This document shows positions 10,701 to 19,713 of a stretch of DNA of 64,000 nucleotides, in pieces. The translations under genes and the position numbers were made by a program. Origin of the DNA: a virus; the IMG/VR virus record IMGVR_UViG_3300018916_000001, positions 64,001 through 128,000 of that record; one strand, written 5' to 3'. The number at the start of each line of letters is the position of its first letter. Position 1 is the first letter of the stretch. The notes beneath the pieces were generated by a model. That model had not been told where the DNA came from. It saw only the letters and a program-made list of their open reading frames with translations, and ran no database searches.

Positions 10701-13700
10701 TATAATGCTTTTGGTACTGCAATAGAAAACGCTAAGAAACCAGTACAAACCTTTAATAATGCTCAAACAAGTCTAAGAAATGGTTTAGTAGATTTGAGAA
10801 GTAATTTAGGTCAAGTTGGAGTTACTGCTGGTAGAAACTTTACTACTATGGCTGCGTCTGCTAAAGCTAGTCTTGCTGCTATTGGAACTTCCGCTGTTAT
10901 AGCTGGAGAAACTATTAAAGCTGCGTTTATATCTACAGGAATAGGTTTACTTATATCGGCTGTTGTAGGGTTAGGAGTCAAATTATTTCAAGTAGGACAA
11001 GAATCAGCTAAGTTAGATCGTACTTATAAAGATTTTAATAAGACTTTAGAAGAATCTGCTACTAAATTTGATAGAGCTAATATATCTTTTGACCAAGGAA
11101 CTCAAGGACTTAACAAATTTAATGATAGAGTAGAAGCTTCTAAAAAATTGTTTGGTGATATTGAAACTACTGCTTTTGATGAGATTGGTGAAGGTATTAA
11201 AAATGCAACGGTTAATATAGTTGACTTTATAACTACTGTTACTGGATTAAAACTGCTAGACCCAATATTTAAAAAAGTAGGAGAAGGCTTTTCAGCGGTT
11301 TGGAATAGTTTTTCAGATGCAGAGTTTATTAAACGTTCTGCTAAAATGACTCAAATATCTGAGTTTATCCAGACTTATGAGTTAGCTTTACGTGGACAAA
11401 ATAAAGAATTAGAGAAAGGCAATCTATTAACTGAGACTTCTAATCAGAAGATAAAAAATAGAATGATTCTTACTGGTGAAGATTTAGAGCGGGAGAAAGC
11501 TGCTAATAGCACTAGAATTGAGTCATTCCAGTCTATGACTGATATTCAGAAGAAAGAATTAGAAGAACTTAAAAGTAAAGGAGATAAGTTAACTGATAGA
11601 GATAAAGCTCAAATTAGCATTCTAGAAGCTGAAATCTCAAGAAGAGAGAAAGTAATAGAAGTTAGTAAGAAACAATTTGATGAGCAACTTAAATATTATG
11701 AAGCTCGTAATCTTCTACTAGATAGAGAGAACAAATTTAGTAATGAGCAAGTTTCTTTAGAAGAACTTAAAGGATTACAAGACCAAGTAAACAATTCTCA
11801 GACTACTCTAAACAAGAATATAAGTGAAGGATTAGATATATATTCTTCTTCTATTAAAGATTCTTCTGTTAAATCTAGACAATTTTTAACTGATTTGAAA
11901 GATGGAAGTTTAAGTGTAAAAGCTTCTATTAAAAGTCTTGGTGGAGAAATCTATAAAGTAGGAGAAGATGGAAAAGCTGTTAGTAAATTGCCAGATACAG
12001 TTCTAAAATCTATTCAAGATGCTATTAAAGGTAATGAAGTAGATGGTAAGAAATATTCTTTAGAGCAAGTTCTAAATCTTAAAGAAACTAGAGATGCTTT
12101 AACTACTGCTGGAGTAGAAATACCTAAAGATCTCAAAGTCTTAGCAGATAAGATGAAGAAAGGCTATGAAGCTTCAGAAGGCGAACTCCAGTTAATCAAT
12201 CTAAAAGAGCTAGAAAAAGATTTAGCTAGTTTCTCTACTTTATCTGATAAATACCAAGAGAAAAGAAGACAGTTTTTATCTACTACTAAAGATGATATTG
12301 GAGCTACCACATTTTCTACTTCACTTAAGAAATCTTTAAGATTAGCTGAAACAGATTTACAAAACTTTAATAACGCTTTAGATGCGTCTTCTAAAGGTGC
12401 AAATAAGTTTGTGACTGGAGCTACTCAAAAGTTCACTACACAAGCCTTAGAAGGAACGTTAGACCTTACTGAAGGGTTAAAAGAGTTAGGTAAAGTAGAA
12501 AGTGAAATTGAACCTAAACAATTAGAAAAACTTAAAAACTCAATTACTGGTAAAAATAAAGATGAGATTTTAACAGCTCTTAAAGAAATTGGAATAGTTA
12601 CAGAACAAACTCTAACTGCCGATGCAATTGATTTTAATAAATTTGAGGCGGGAATAGGAGCTTTTGTAGAATCACTAAACGCGGTAGCAGAATCAGGAGA
12701 ACAAACCAGTGAAGAAATAGCTAAGAAATTTGAGTCTTTCTATGACCAAATGAAAGGCAAGGTAACTCCTGCTGCTTATAAAGACCTAACTGAAACACTT
12801 ATTGGTTATGAGAAAGCTGCTAGTGAACAAAGAATAAATAATATAACTCTTGAAACTAATGCTTTAGAACAGCAGAAGAAATATGGTTTAGTGTTAGAAG
12901 CTAATTATATCAAAGAGATTAACGCTCTTAACATTCAAACTACTGAAGAAAATATAAATAACAAGCAAATAGAACTTAAAAGATTACTTTCACTATATAA
13001 AGAATCTGCTCCTCAAGTAATAAAAGCTAAAGCTGAATTGGAATCACTAGAATTAGACCTTAAAGCTAAGAAATCTAATAGTCCAATAGAAATTGCCCAA
13101 GCGGAAAGTAAAGCTAGATTTGACATTCTTAAAAAAGATTTAGAGTTAGGTAAAGTAACTAGAAGACAATATATAGAAGAAGAACTTAAAGACTCTCAAC
13201 TTCTATATCAAACTCAATTAAGTGAAAAACAAAAAACTTTATTGGAGTTAATGAAAGATGAGGTTAAAAACGCTAAAGCTATAAAAGCTCTTAGAAAATC
13301 AATGGAGTCTGATGAAAAAGATTTCAATCTAAATGTCTTAGAGATTAATAGAAGAAGAATAGAAGAACAATTTAAAATTCAAACTAATGCTTTAAGTAGA
13401 CGAGAACTAGAAGCTAGAGAAAACGCTATTAATGGTACTACTAAAGATGAATTAGAGTCAGTTAGAAAATTAGAAACTGATAAGATTAATCTCAATATCA
13501 AAACTTTAGAGTCTAGATTAGCAGTAGAAAAGCAAGGAAGTGAAAAGTTCCTAGAAATAGAGAAGCAATTATTAGAAGCTCAGTTATCTCTTAGAGAAAC
13601 TCAAGTTAAACAATCTAAAAATAGAACTAATGAGGAAATCGAGAGAAAGAGAAATGAGTTATCTACTATTGCAGCTCTAGAAGAAAGAAATAATATTCGT

Positions 13701-16700
13701 GGGTCTAATACAAAGGACTTAGAGAGAACTAGACAACTAAAAGAGAAAGAAATCCAATTATCTATTGATTCTATCAACTCTCAAATTGCTTTGACTGAAA
13801 AAGGTAGTAAGGAACGATTAGCTTTAGAACAACAGTTAATTCTAGAAGTTAATAAGTTACAAAAAACTCAGCTAGATAATCAAAAAGAAAGATTAGAACA
13901 ATCTCTAGAAGAAAGAAGAAAGAAGTTAGAAGCTAGACAAATTGATTTAGAAAAGACTTCTATTAGAGGAACTACTGAACAAGATATTGAAGCTACTAGA
14001 AAACTAAAAGAAGAAGAGATTACTTCTACTATTGAATCTCTCAAACAAAGGTCTTCCTTATATAAAGAAGGTAGTAAAGAAAGAATTGCTCTTGAACAAG
14101 AGATAGCTAAAGAAACTCTTAAGTTAGATAAACAAGTCTATGAAAATCAAAAGTCTCGATTACAAACTCAAATAGACAATAAGAAGAAAGCTTTTAGAGA
14201 TACACAACTACAATTAGAGAAGTTAATGGTGCTTGGAACTTCTACTGAAGATTCTAAAAAAGTTCGTGCATCTAAGGAAGAAGAAATTCAAATTACTATT
14301 GAAAGTATCAAGAAAGAAATTAAATTAACTAAAGAAGGAAGCACTCAAAGAAAAGATTTAGAACGTTCATTGAGAGAAGAACTCTTGAAGTTAGATAAAC
14401 AAAGAGTAGCTAATAAAAGAGAATTGATAGATGAAGAAATATCTCTAGAAAAAACTAAGATTACTAAAATTCAGTCTTTATTGGAACGTTCAACTATTGG
14501 AGGAACTTTTGAAAAAGATTTAGAGAAGATTCGTGAGTTAAAAGTAAAAGAAACTCAAATAGTAATTCAATCTATACAAAAACAGTTAGCTACTTATAAG
14601 TTAGGTAGTAAAGAAAGATTATCTCTAGAAGCTCAGTTAACTCAAGAGATTACTAAATTACAAAAGATTCAGTTTGGTAATAAAGAAGAGAAACTAAAAT
14701 CTCAGTTGGAAGACGCCAAGAATAAGTTAGATAAGCAAATTGCATTGAAAGAGTCTAGCTTAATTGATGGTGCAACAGAACGAGAACTGAAAATAGTAGA
14801 AGAAGCAAAGATAAAAGAAACTCAACTTACTATTGATTCTATCAAGAAACAAATAAATCTCTATAAGGTAGGAAGCAAAGAACGTCTTGCTCTAGAAGCT
14901 AATCTACAGAGAGAAATCAATAATCTAAGAAAACAAACTTTAGATAAAGAGAAAAACTTAATTCAGAATGCTCTAGAGTTTAAGAAAACTAAGATTGATA
15001 TTACGAATATTGACTTAGAAAAGAAACTTCTTAGAGGAGATATTGATAGAGAAAGTTTTGAAGATAAGTTAACTGCTTCATCTCAAAAAGTTAATCTCTT
15101 ACAACAAGACGCATTTACCAAGCAACTTAAACTATATCAAAAAGGTAGTAAAGAATATTTAGAGATACTTAAAAATCTATCTCAATTACAAGTTGACTAT
15201 CAAAAATCTGTAGTAGATAAAGCTATTAGAGATATTGATAGAATTACTAAATCTCAGAATAATTCGATAGAAGCACAAAAAATCTCTATTACTAATCAAT
15301 TAAGTTCTAGTGATTCACTTACTAAAGAACTTCAAGAGCAAATTAAACTTGAAGATTCTAGAAGTTCTGTGATTAAAGCTACCTCAGATTATCAAGTAGG
15401 ACTATTAGAATTAACTAAAAGATCTACAGGAGATATAGAGAAGAGAGCAAAGATTGACGTACAAATTGCTGAACTAAAACAGAAAGCTCTATTAGAAAGT
15501 CAAGAGATTGAGATTAATAGTATAAAGAACAATACGTTAATAAATGAAGCTGCGTTAGAAAGAGAGAAAATTCAAATATCTCTTAATAGATTGGAGTTAG
15601 ACAGGAATAAAATTCAAACTGAAGCAGAACTAAGAAAAGCTAGATTAAATAAGTTAGATCAAGCCTCTATTAATGCACTTCAGTTACAGTTAGATTCTAT
15701 TAATAATCAATATGACGCTCTTGGTAGAAGTGAAAACTCAATCTTTACTCAAATTGCTAATCAAGCTGAGATTAGTAGAAATCAGTTAGAAGTGATTAGA
15801 CAACAACAAGATTTAGCTCAAAAGAATTCTGTGTTAGACGTTGAACAAGCTAAGCAAAACGTTATTATTGCAGGTTACGAAAAGCAGCTATCTCAACTAA
15901 AAGCTAAAGGTGATTTAATACAAGCTAATGCAAATAAAGAAAAAGTTATAGGAGATTTATTAACTAAAGCTTATGACACTCAAATTGCTTTACTAAATAG
16001 TAGAAAAGAATTGATGGACTCAACTTTAAGTTCTATTGATTCTCTATATAATATTGAACAATCAATGGCAAAGTCTGACTTAACTAAAGATAAATTAGCT
16101 AAAGAACAAGCTAAAGATAAATTGAGTTATCTAGAATTCCAACAAAGAGTTGAGAATGAAAGTTTTAATTTAGAAAAAGCTAAGAATCGGATAGTTAGAG
16201 AAAGACAGAAAGTTGAGTTAACAATCGCTGAGTTAAATGCTAAACAAGCTCTTGCAATGTCTAAAGCTGAAGAAGCTAGAACTAAGGCCCGTAAAGATGC
16301 TACTAATGAAGAGAAGTTAGCAGCTAAATTAGCGGTAGAAGCAGCAGAACAGGGTATTATTGCAGCTAAAGCTAATAGAGATATTAATCTAGAACTTATA
16401 AAAATAGAAGAACAATCAGAAAAGAATAAAGAAATAATCAATGCTCGTAATCAAAGGAACCAAAGACTACAAGCTGAACAATCTCTTGCATCTTTAACTT
16501 CTAATACTACTGATGATAGAGAAGTGAGAGGAAAAGCACAAAAATATAGAGAACTAGATGAAAGGACTATTAGTAGTACATTAAAGTCTACTTCTAATTT
16601 AAACATAGAGAATATACTTAAAGAGTTCACTAATGATATGAAGAACAGAAAACCTATAGAAAATAGTATTAATAAAGTTAATAACACTGATACACCTAAA

Positions 16701-17366
16701 ACTTCTCCTATATCTTCTGTTCTTAGTATTCCTGGTATTAGTAGAGGAAACGTTAACTCTAGAGAAAATAAGAATGACGATAAAGGTAAGAGAGATAATA
16801 AGGATAATGTCTTTACTTCTATCACTAACTTAAGTAAATCTATAGATAAAGCAGAAAAGTCTATTACTAAGAAGTTAGGATTAGATACTCAATCACTTAT
16901 CAAAACATCTAATATAAATAGTAAAACTCTTAATAAACTTATAGAAGTTAGTGTAAAGAGTATAAGTAAGAGTATAACTTCTGCTACTAATAGTATTACT
17001 GGTACAACTCTTAAAGATAGTAAAGTAGTAAAACCTCCTAAGCCAAAGAAAGGAGAAATTGTACCTGACTCACTTAGAACTATTAGAGAAGCTGTTACTA
17101 ACTTCAAATTATCTGTAGATAAATCTAACGTAGAGAAGAAAAAAGAAGCTGATATTAGATATAAAGAAGAACAGAAAGATAATGATAGATTACAAAAATC
17201 TATTGAACTTCTAATAGAGAAGATTGAGGAACATATAGAGAAAGGTGGAAATACTACTATTCACTCTCCTATTAATGTAACTGGTGGAGGAGATAAAAAT
17301 GTAGGTTTAGAATTTAATAAGCAGCTATATAATATATTGGATAAAACTCATAGGAGACAGAAATAA
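7704..17366 (+). CDS. Tape measure protein (3220 aa)
   Basis: Very long helical/coiled-coil protein with an N-terminal TMP-like core and two hydrophobic segments, in the canonical position after the chaperones. Confidence 0.9.
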   Translation: MDTASNIKFNVEGDDKFSQFLEKTQKSFKELNEKSLRLFNTGLREGSRGLKDITKEIRTKSSVVEKLIADYGKATNSTNTWTASLGKLAKTATLLGGAMTALNIASIGGGIASIVGTGINGVIDSLTKVNTGIDVMAASGFDGTPLMNSFQEITAVLTGNQAAIDAFTSRSTAAFNSFEQKLNEVNIVFGLSKERLAEYGDALQNGLEKNLKNSVSSLTALNAAYQAASAGFTEFQQNQDVVNLAIKANKAAPGSDLFQIGGAIGKGAGILETKDIAELEEVTAKWLATEQQGLTTVGEMTEYISDMYSSLKNAGIGTKNLVNETQGLVVAFTKLGGKVTDISTEMQAFSRNTIGKTPEATKALEGLVDAQGKAITLNQEYFGKKGVVQGIVDFAEAVGYNTEKIKEVYNETNAFNFVMKVLAQNGNLAKKSIEDISKVTSENLTEAFDSATSSSQAKMEQITNAYDEIMISFGKVFQERSREGVKSIEWYKEALVTFKEPLVEIAGRMVTFFDNVGKFTGVLSSVAKMLTGIAGTIISYRAFDLIFKGLTDGFKDVKKEGSVIKELYTSNQGLFAIGKQLLGLDQQKLLSQNRINEAIKKSSELEQGLTNSIGKTNSERLTSIATVKNEIDAIVSRDESIIKGQQKVTKAEELLNKKVDSRNTVQSEVNSTQKGLANLKTLKADIDNTFKNNVENIERSKKLSEIAAQEALIKQGNIGKQERQQLKELNAEKLRLQNTYNTTTLDQLASLEKQKDILRNKAKKSDRDYAALDNIYKREDQLLDRERTKDRTPLTKEQRTELNNTRKDIATKIQQEELILLTQRQKLQEANNVVDKETQKLNQVRADQQEKLNRVTKATTELAVLQQDLNTKKTNLDKIDLAVTGQRDKLYSIQNNLRKEQATLDKIRNKDSAEYQQQLKKVVSLQEQEATQQTVFQKARTTQLTAQQAVNKAEIESKTKLRQLTREQGLAEGSLIELRTRSGSVALKNTAFNRDLVSSYNAFGTAIENAKKPVQTFNNAQTSLRNGLVDLRSNLGQVGVTAGRNFTTMAASAKASLAAIGTSAVIAGETIKAAFISTGIGLLISAVVGLGVKLFQVGQESAKLDRTYKDFNKTLEESATKFDRANISFDQGTQGLNKFNDRVEASKKLFGDIETTAFDEIGEGIKNATVNIVDFITTVTGLKLLDPIFKKVGEGFSAVWNSFSDAEFIKRSAKMTQISEFIQTYELALRGQNKELEKGNLLTETSNQKIKNRMILTGEDLEREKAANSTRIESFQSMTDIQKKELEELKSKGDKLTDRDKAQISILEAEISRREKVIEVSKKQFDEQLKYYEARNLLLDRENKFSNEQVSLEELKGLQDQVNNSQTTLNKNISEGLDIYSSSIKDSSVKSRQFLTDLKDGSLSVKASIKSLGGEIYKVGEDGKAVSKLPDTVLKSIQDAIKGNEVDGKKYSLEQVLNLKETRDALTTAGVEIPKDLKVLADKMKKGYEASEGELQLINLKELEKDLASFSTLSDKYQEKRRQFLSTTKDDIGATTFSTSLKKSLRLAETDLQNFNNALDASSKGANKFVTGATQKFTTQALEGTLDLTEGLKELGKVESEIEPKQLEKLKNSITGKNKDEILTALKEIGIVTEQTLTADAIDFNKFEAGIGAFVESLNAVAESGEQTSEEIAKKFESFYDQMKGKVTPAAYKDLTETLIGYEKAASEQRINNITLETNALEQQKKYGLVLEANYIKEINALNIQTTEENINNKQIELKRLLSLYKESAPQVIKAKAELESLELDLKAKKSNSPIEIAQAESKARFDILKKDLELGKVTRRQYIEEELKDSQLLYQTQLSEKQKTLLELMKDEVKNAKAIKALRKSMESDEKDFNLNVLEINRRRIEEQFKIQTNALSRRELEARENAINGTTKDELESVRKLETDKINLNIKTLESRLAVEKQGSEKFLEIEKQLLEAQLSLRETQVKQSKNRTNEEIERKRNELSTIAALEERNNIRGSNTKDLERTRQLKEKEIQLSIDSINSQIALTEKGSKERLALEQQLILEVNKLQKTQLDNQKERLEQSLEERRKKLEARQIDLEKTSIRGTTEQDIEATRKLKEEEITSTIESLKQRSSLYKEGSKERIALEQEIAKETLKLDKQVYENQKSRLQTQIDNKKKAFRDTQLQLEKLMVLGTSTEDSKKVRASKEEEIQITIESIKKEIKLTKEGSTQRKDLERSLREELLKLDKQRVANKRELIDEEISLEKTKITKIQSLLERSTIGGTFEKDLEKIRELKVKETQIVIQSIQKQLATYKLGSKERLSLEAQLTQEITKLQKIQFGNKEEKLKSQLEDAKNKLDKQIALKESSLIDGATERELKIVEEAKIKETQLTIDSIKKQINLYKVGSKERLALEANLQREINNLRKQTLDKEKNLIQNALEFKKTKIDITNIDLEKKLLRGDIDRESFEDKLTASSQKVNLLQQDAFTKQLKLYQKGSKEYLEILKNLSQLQVDYQKSVVDKAIRDIDRITKSQNNSIEAQKISITNQLSSSDSLTKELQEQIKLEDSRSSVIKATSDYQVGLLELTKRSTGDIEKRAKIDVQIAELKQKALLESQEIEINSIKNNTLINEAALEREKIQISLNRLELDRNKIQTEAELRKARLNKLDQASINALQLQLDSINNQYDALGRSENSIFTQIANQAEISRNQLEVIRQQQDLAQKNSVLDVEQAKQNVIIAGYEKQLSQLKAKGDLIQANANKEKVIGDLLTKAYDTQIALLNSRKELMDSTLSSIDSLYNIEQSMAKSDLTKDKLAKEQAKDKLSYLEFQQRVENESFNLEKAKNRIVRERQKVELTIAELNAKQALAMSKAEEARTKARKDATNEEKLAAKLAVEAAEQGIIAAKANRDINLELIKIEEQSEKNKEIINARNQRNQRLQAEQSLASLTSNTTDDREVRGKAQKYRELDERTISSTLKSTSNLNIENILKEFTNDMKNRKPIENSINKVNNTDTPKTSPISSVLSIPGISRGNVNSRENKNDDKGKRDNKDNVFTSITNLSKSIDKAEKSITKKLGLDTQSLIKTSNINSKTLNKLIEVSVKSISKSITSATNSITGTTLKDSKVVKPPKPKKGEIVPDSLRTIREAVTNFKLSVDKSNVEKKKEADIRYKEEQKDNDRLQKSIELLIEKIEEHIEKGGNTTIHSPINVTGGGDKNVGLEFNKQLYNILDKTHRRQK
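13300..15200 (+). repeat. 89-aa (267-nt) degenerate tandem repeat within the tape measure gene (boundaries approximate)
   Basis: Gly codons of the GS(K/E/T) motif at 13536, 13803, 14070, 14337, 14604 and 14871 (exact 267-nt spacing), then 15144 (+273). Confidence 0.85.
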
Positions 17367-17368
17367 TT

Positions 17369-17971
17369 ATGGCAGTATTTCAAGATATAGATAATCCAGT
17401 AATTTTAGGACATCATGGTAGAGAAGATGATTTGACTAAATGTTTTCCTTTTCACCGTAAACTCTGCTTCTTAAATGAAAAAAACCTCTTAGCTAATACG
17501 GATATAGGGAAAGAAGTTTTATATCAAATAAATGGAAAATCTTATATTTGTTTATACGTAGAATCTAATGCTTATCAAGTAACTATTGAAGGGGAAGCTA
17601 CTAGAATGGCATCTACTGGTTCCGGTACTTATGTTAAATATTCTCTAATACGAAAGGGATTTACCGCTCAGTTCGATTATATAACTACTGACATCTTAGT
17701 ATCTCTAGATAAGATTGCTAAAGATGCTATACGAGAAAAGAAGTTTGTAGAAGTAATAGATTACGTAAGACCTGAGACAGAAGATTATGATAAGGGATAC
17801 ACAATTAGAAAAGGATTAATTTATCTTCCACTCGCTTACTCAGGACTTATGAGTGGTCAAAAAGAAGGAATTTATAATGGAAATAATATAACTAAACCTA
17901 CTACTCGACCAATTATTGCTCCAGAAGGATTCTCTTTAACATTTACTGAAAACTCGTACAGGATGGGGTAA
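17369..17971 (+). CDS. Putative distal tail protein
   Basis: 200-aa gene directly after the tape measure, ending FSLTFTE; positional inference. Confidence 0.5.
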   Translation: MAVFQDIDNPVILGHHGREDDLTKCFPFHRKLCFLNEKNLLANTDIGKEVLYQINGKSYICLYVESNAYQVTIEGEATRMASTGSGTYVKYSLIRKGFTAQFDYITTDILVSLDKIAKDAIREKKFVEVIDYVRPETEDYDKGYTIRKGLIYLPLAYSGLMSGQKEGIYNGNNITKPTTRPIIAPEGFSLTFTENSYRMG

Positions 17972-18263
17972 TAAGAACTACTTTAACAGGTGAAGCGTAC
18001 CAACCATATTCGTCGTCTATTAACCGGAATTTACTTTCGCAATTAGAGCAAGTAATAGTTTCTTGTCTATAAAAACCTCTATCTGGGTTACTAGGAGTAT
18101 ATTGATAGTTTAAATCTCTAAACTCCTCTAGTTCCGTATTTTTAGTTTTACACTCTGGACACTCTTCTAAATAATTAAATGTTACGGACTCACACCACTC
18201 ATTAGCACTATCATGGTTTAATTTAATATCTAAAACATTCTTTGCTACCCATTTATTACTCAT
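17943..18263 (-). CDS. Zinc-ribbon protein
   Basis: CPEC...CSNC. Confidence 0.55.
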   Translation of the reverse strand: MSNKWVAKNVLDIKLNHDSANEWCESVTFNYLEECPECKTKNTELEEFRDLNYQYTPSNPDRGFYRQETITCSNCESKFRLIDDEYGWYASPVKVVLITPSCTSFQ

Positions 18264-18466
18264 TTCTTTTTCTTACTTCTTTTTATTCGAGTGTTCTCAC
18301 AAGCATCTCTAAATATCTTTAATCCCTTAAGTAATTTAGGAAATACTTCTTCTGCTATCTCTTGATTTTCAAATATAATTTCACTAAACACAGCATCACA
18401 ATCTTCTATTAAATCGTCTTTCTCATCTCTACTTAGTTTTTTTGGGATGTCTTCGTTTTCTGTCAT
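18260..18466 (-). CDS. Small helical-hairpin protein (paralog family A)
   Basis: EKDDLIEDCDAVFSEI...EEVFPKLLKGLKIF, similar to the ORFs at 18640, 19038 and 55866. Confidence 0.55.
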   Translation of the reverse strand: MTENEDIPKKLSRDEKDDLIEDCDAVFSEIIFENQEIAEEVFPKLLKGLKIFRDACENTRIKRSKKKK

Positions 18467-18635
18467 TGTTAATTATTTCTATCTCGTTTTGTAACTTATC
18501 TACTTCTTCTAATATCTGTAAACTTCTTTCTATAGAAACTGGATAAGATATATTAGCAGAATCTAATACTTCATGATAAACTTCTTTTCCATATAAAGTC
18601 TGAGATATCTCATCTGGATTAGTATCTTCTTTCAT
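18429..18635 (-). CDS. Hypothetical protein
   Basis: ATG 18635 is preceded by GGAG and lies in a tightly packed cluster. Confidence 0.45.
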   Translation of the reverse strand: MKEDTNPDEISQTLYGKEVYHEVLDSANISYPVSIERSLQILEEVDKLQNEIEIINNDRKRRHPKKTK

Positions 18636-18639
18636 ACTT

Positions 18640-18819
18640 CTAGTCTCCTTCATATATTACATATTCCTTATCTATACTTCTCTTTGTCTTATAGTAATTT
18701 AAGAGCTTTTGTAGTTCTTCTATAACTATATCCATTGCTTCAGGATATTCTATATAACAAAATAGTTCACTACATAAAGTCCAAGCTTTATATAACTTCT
18801 CACTTCTTTCTTTACTCAT
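18640..18819 (-). CDS. Unannotated 59-aa helical-hairpin protein (family A)
   Basis: MSKERSEKLYKAWTLCSELFCYIEYPEAMDIVIEELQKLLNYYKTKRSIDKEYVIYEGD*; fills the gap between its neighbours. Confidence 0.6.
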   Translation of the reverse strand: MSKERSEKLYKAWTLCSELFCYIEYPEAMDIVIEELQKLLNYYKTKRSIDKEYVIYEGD

Positions 18820-19045
18820 CTTCTAAAATATATTTACTAGGTTTTTTACGTCCTTTATATTGAGCTTTTACAGCTAAAGTAATAGAAGTTTTAGGAGGTA
18901 CAGAATTCCACTCTTCTACTTCCGATAACAAATGATCTACTCCAAATAGTTCAGCTAATCCTGAAGTTTTAAGAAATTTTTGTCTCTCACTATGAGTCAT
19001 TACTACTTTTGTTCCTGCTAAGCACTCATTAATTTCTTTATTCAT
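18812..19045 (-). CDS. Hypothetical protein
   Basis: 77-aa ORF overlapping both neighbours; ends YKGRKKPSKYILEDE. Confidence 0.55.
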   Translation of the reverse strand: MNKEINECLAGTKVVMTHSERQKFLKTSGLAELFGVDHLLSEVEEWNSVPPKTSITLAVKAQYKGRKKPSKYILEDE

Positions 19046-19262
19046 GTTTTTTAAACTTCTGTGTATATAAAAGAGTTTTTTGTTTTCTCTCTTCTTTTTC
19101 TTCTAGAGATTCATTTTCTATGTGACAATATAAATCTTCTACTCTTTTTATATCTTTAAGAGCATGGAGAACATCTATTAGTGAGTCAGGACATTCTTTA
19201 GCTATTTCTTGTAGCAATAACTGACAATCAAATAGGATCTGATGTGGTAAATATTCATCCAT
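19038..19262 (-). CDS. Small helical-hairpin protein (family A)
   Basis: CQLLLQEIAKECPDSLIDVLHALKDI matches CSSIVEDIAKEFPGSLEELHQILVEF of the 55866 ORF; upstream GAGG. Confidence 0.6.
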   Translation of the reverse strand: MDEYLPHQILFDCQLLLQEIAKECPDSLIDVLHALKDIKRVEDLYCHIENESLEEKEERKQKTLLYTQKFKKHE

Positions 19263-19310
19263 TTATTTTTCCTCTATACTATAAATACATACATTCATCA
19301 TATCTTATAT

Positions 19311-19667
19311 ATGTTTCAAATCATAAGTTCTAATACTATATCAAATAATACTTTAGAAATAGAACCTACAAAGATAAATGTTCCTTGCTTCTATCTTACT
19401 AATGGTACAATATCTAATAACTTTACACCAATGTTTACTCTTAATTCTGTAGATGAAGAAATACTAGACATAGATACTCTTAACTTCAATACTTCTTCTA
19501 TACCTTCTCTATATACAATGGTTGAAATAGATATAGATAGTCTTGAACCTCTAGAAGATATCTCTACTCTATATTTAAACGGTAGTAAGTATCAAAATCT
19601 CTTAGAGATAGATGAACTAATACTATATAATGAACCAGAAATTATAGAAGAAAGAGAAAGCACTTAA
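19311..19667 (+). CDS. Acidic hypothetical protein, tail region
   Basis: 118-aa ORF preceded by TATAAATA. Confidence 0.5.
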   Translation: MFQIISSNTISNNTLEIEPTKINVPCFYLTNGTISNNFTPMFTLNSVDEEILDIDTLNFNTSSIPSLYTMVEIDIDSLEPLEDISTLYLNGSKYQNLLEIDELILYNEPEIIEEREST

Positions 19668-19713
19668 ATATTCAGTAATATTAAATAAGTATAATTAGTT
19701 TCTTTTCTTCCAT

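Noticed and set aside
9098-17107. Antisense ORFs inside the tape measure gene (9098, 16127, 16451, 16889)
   Set aside because: Ser/Leu/Phe-rich mirror translations of a Lys/Glu-rich sense gene.
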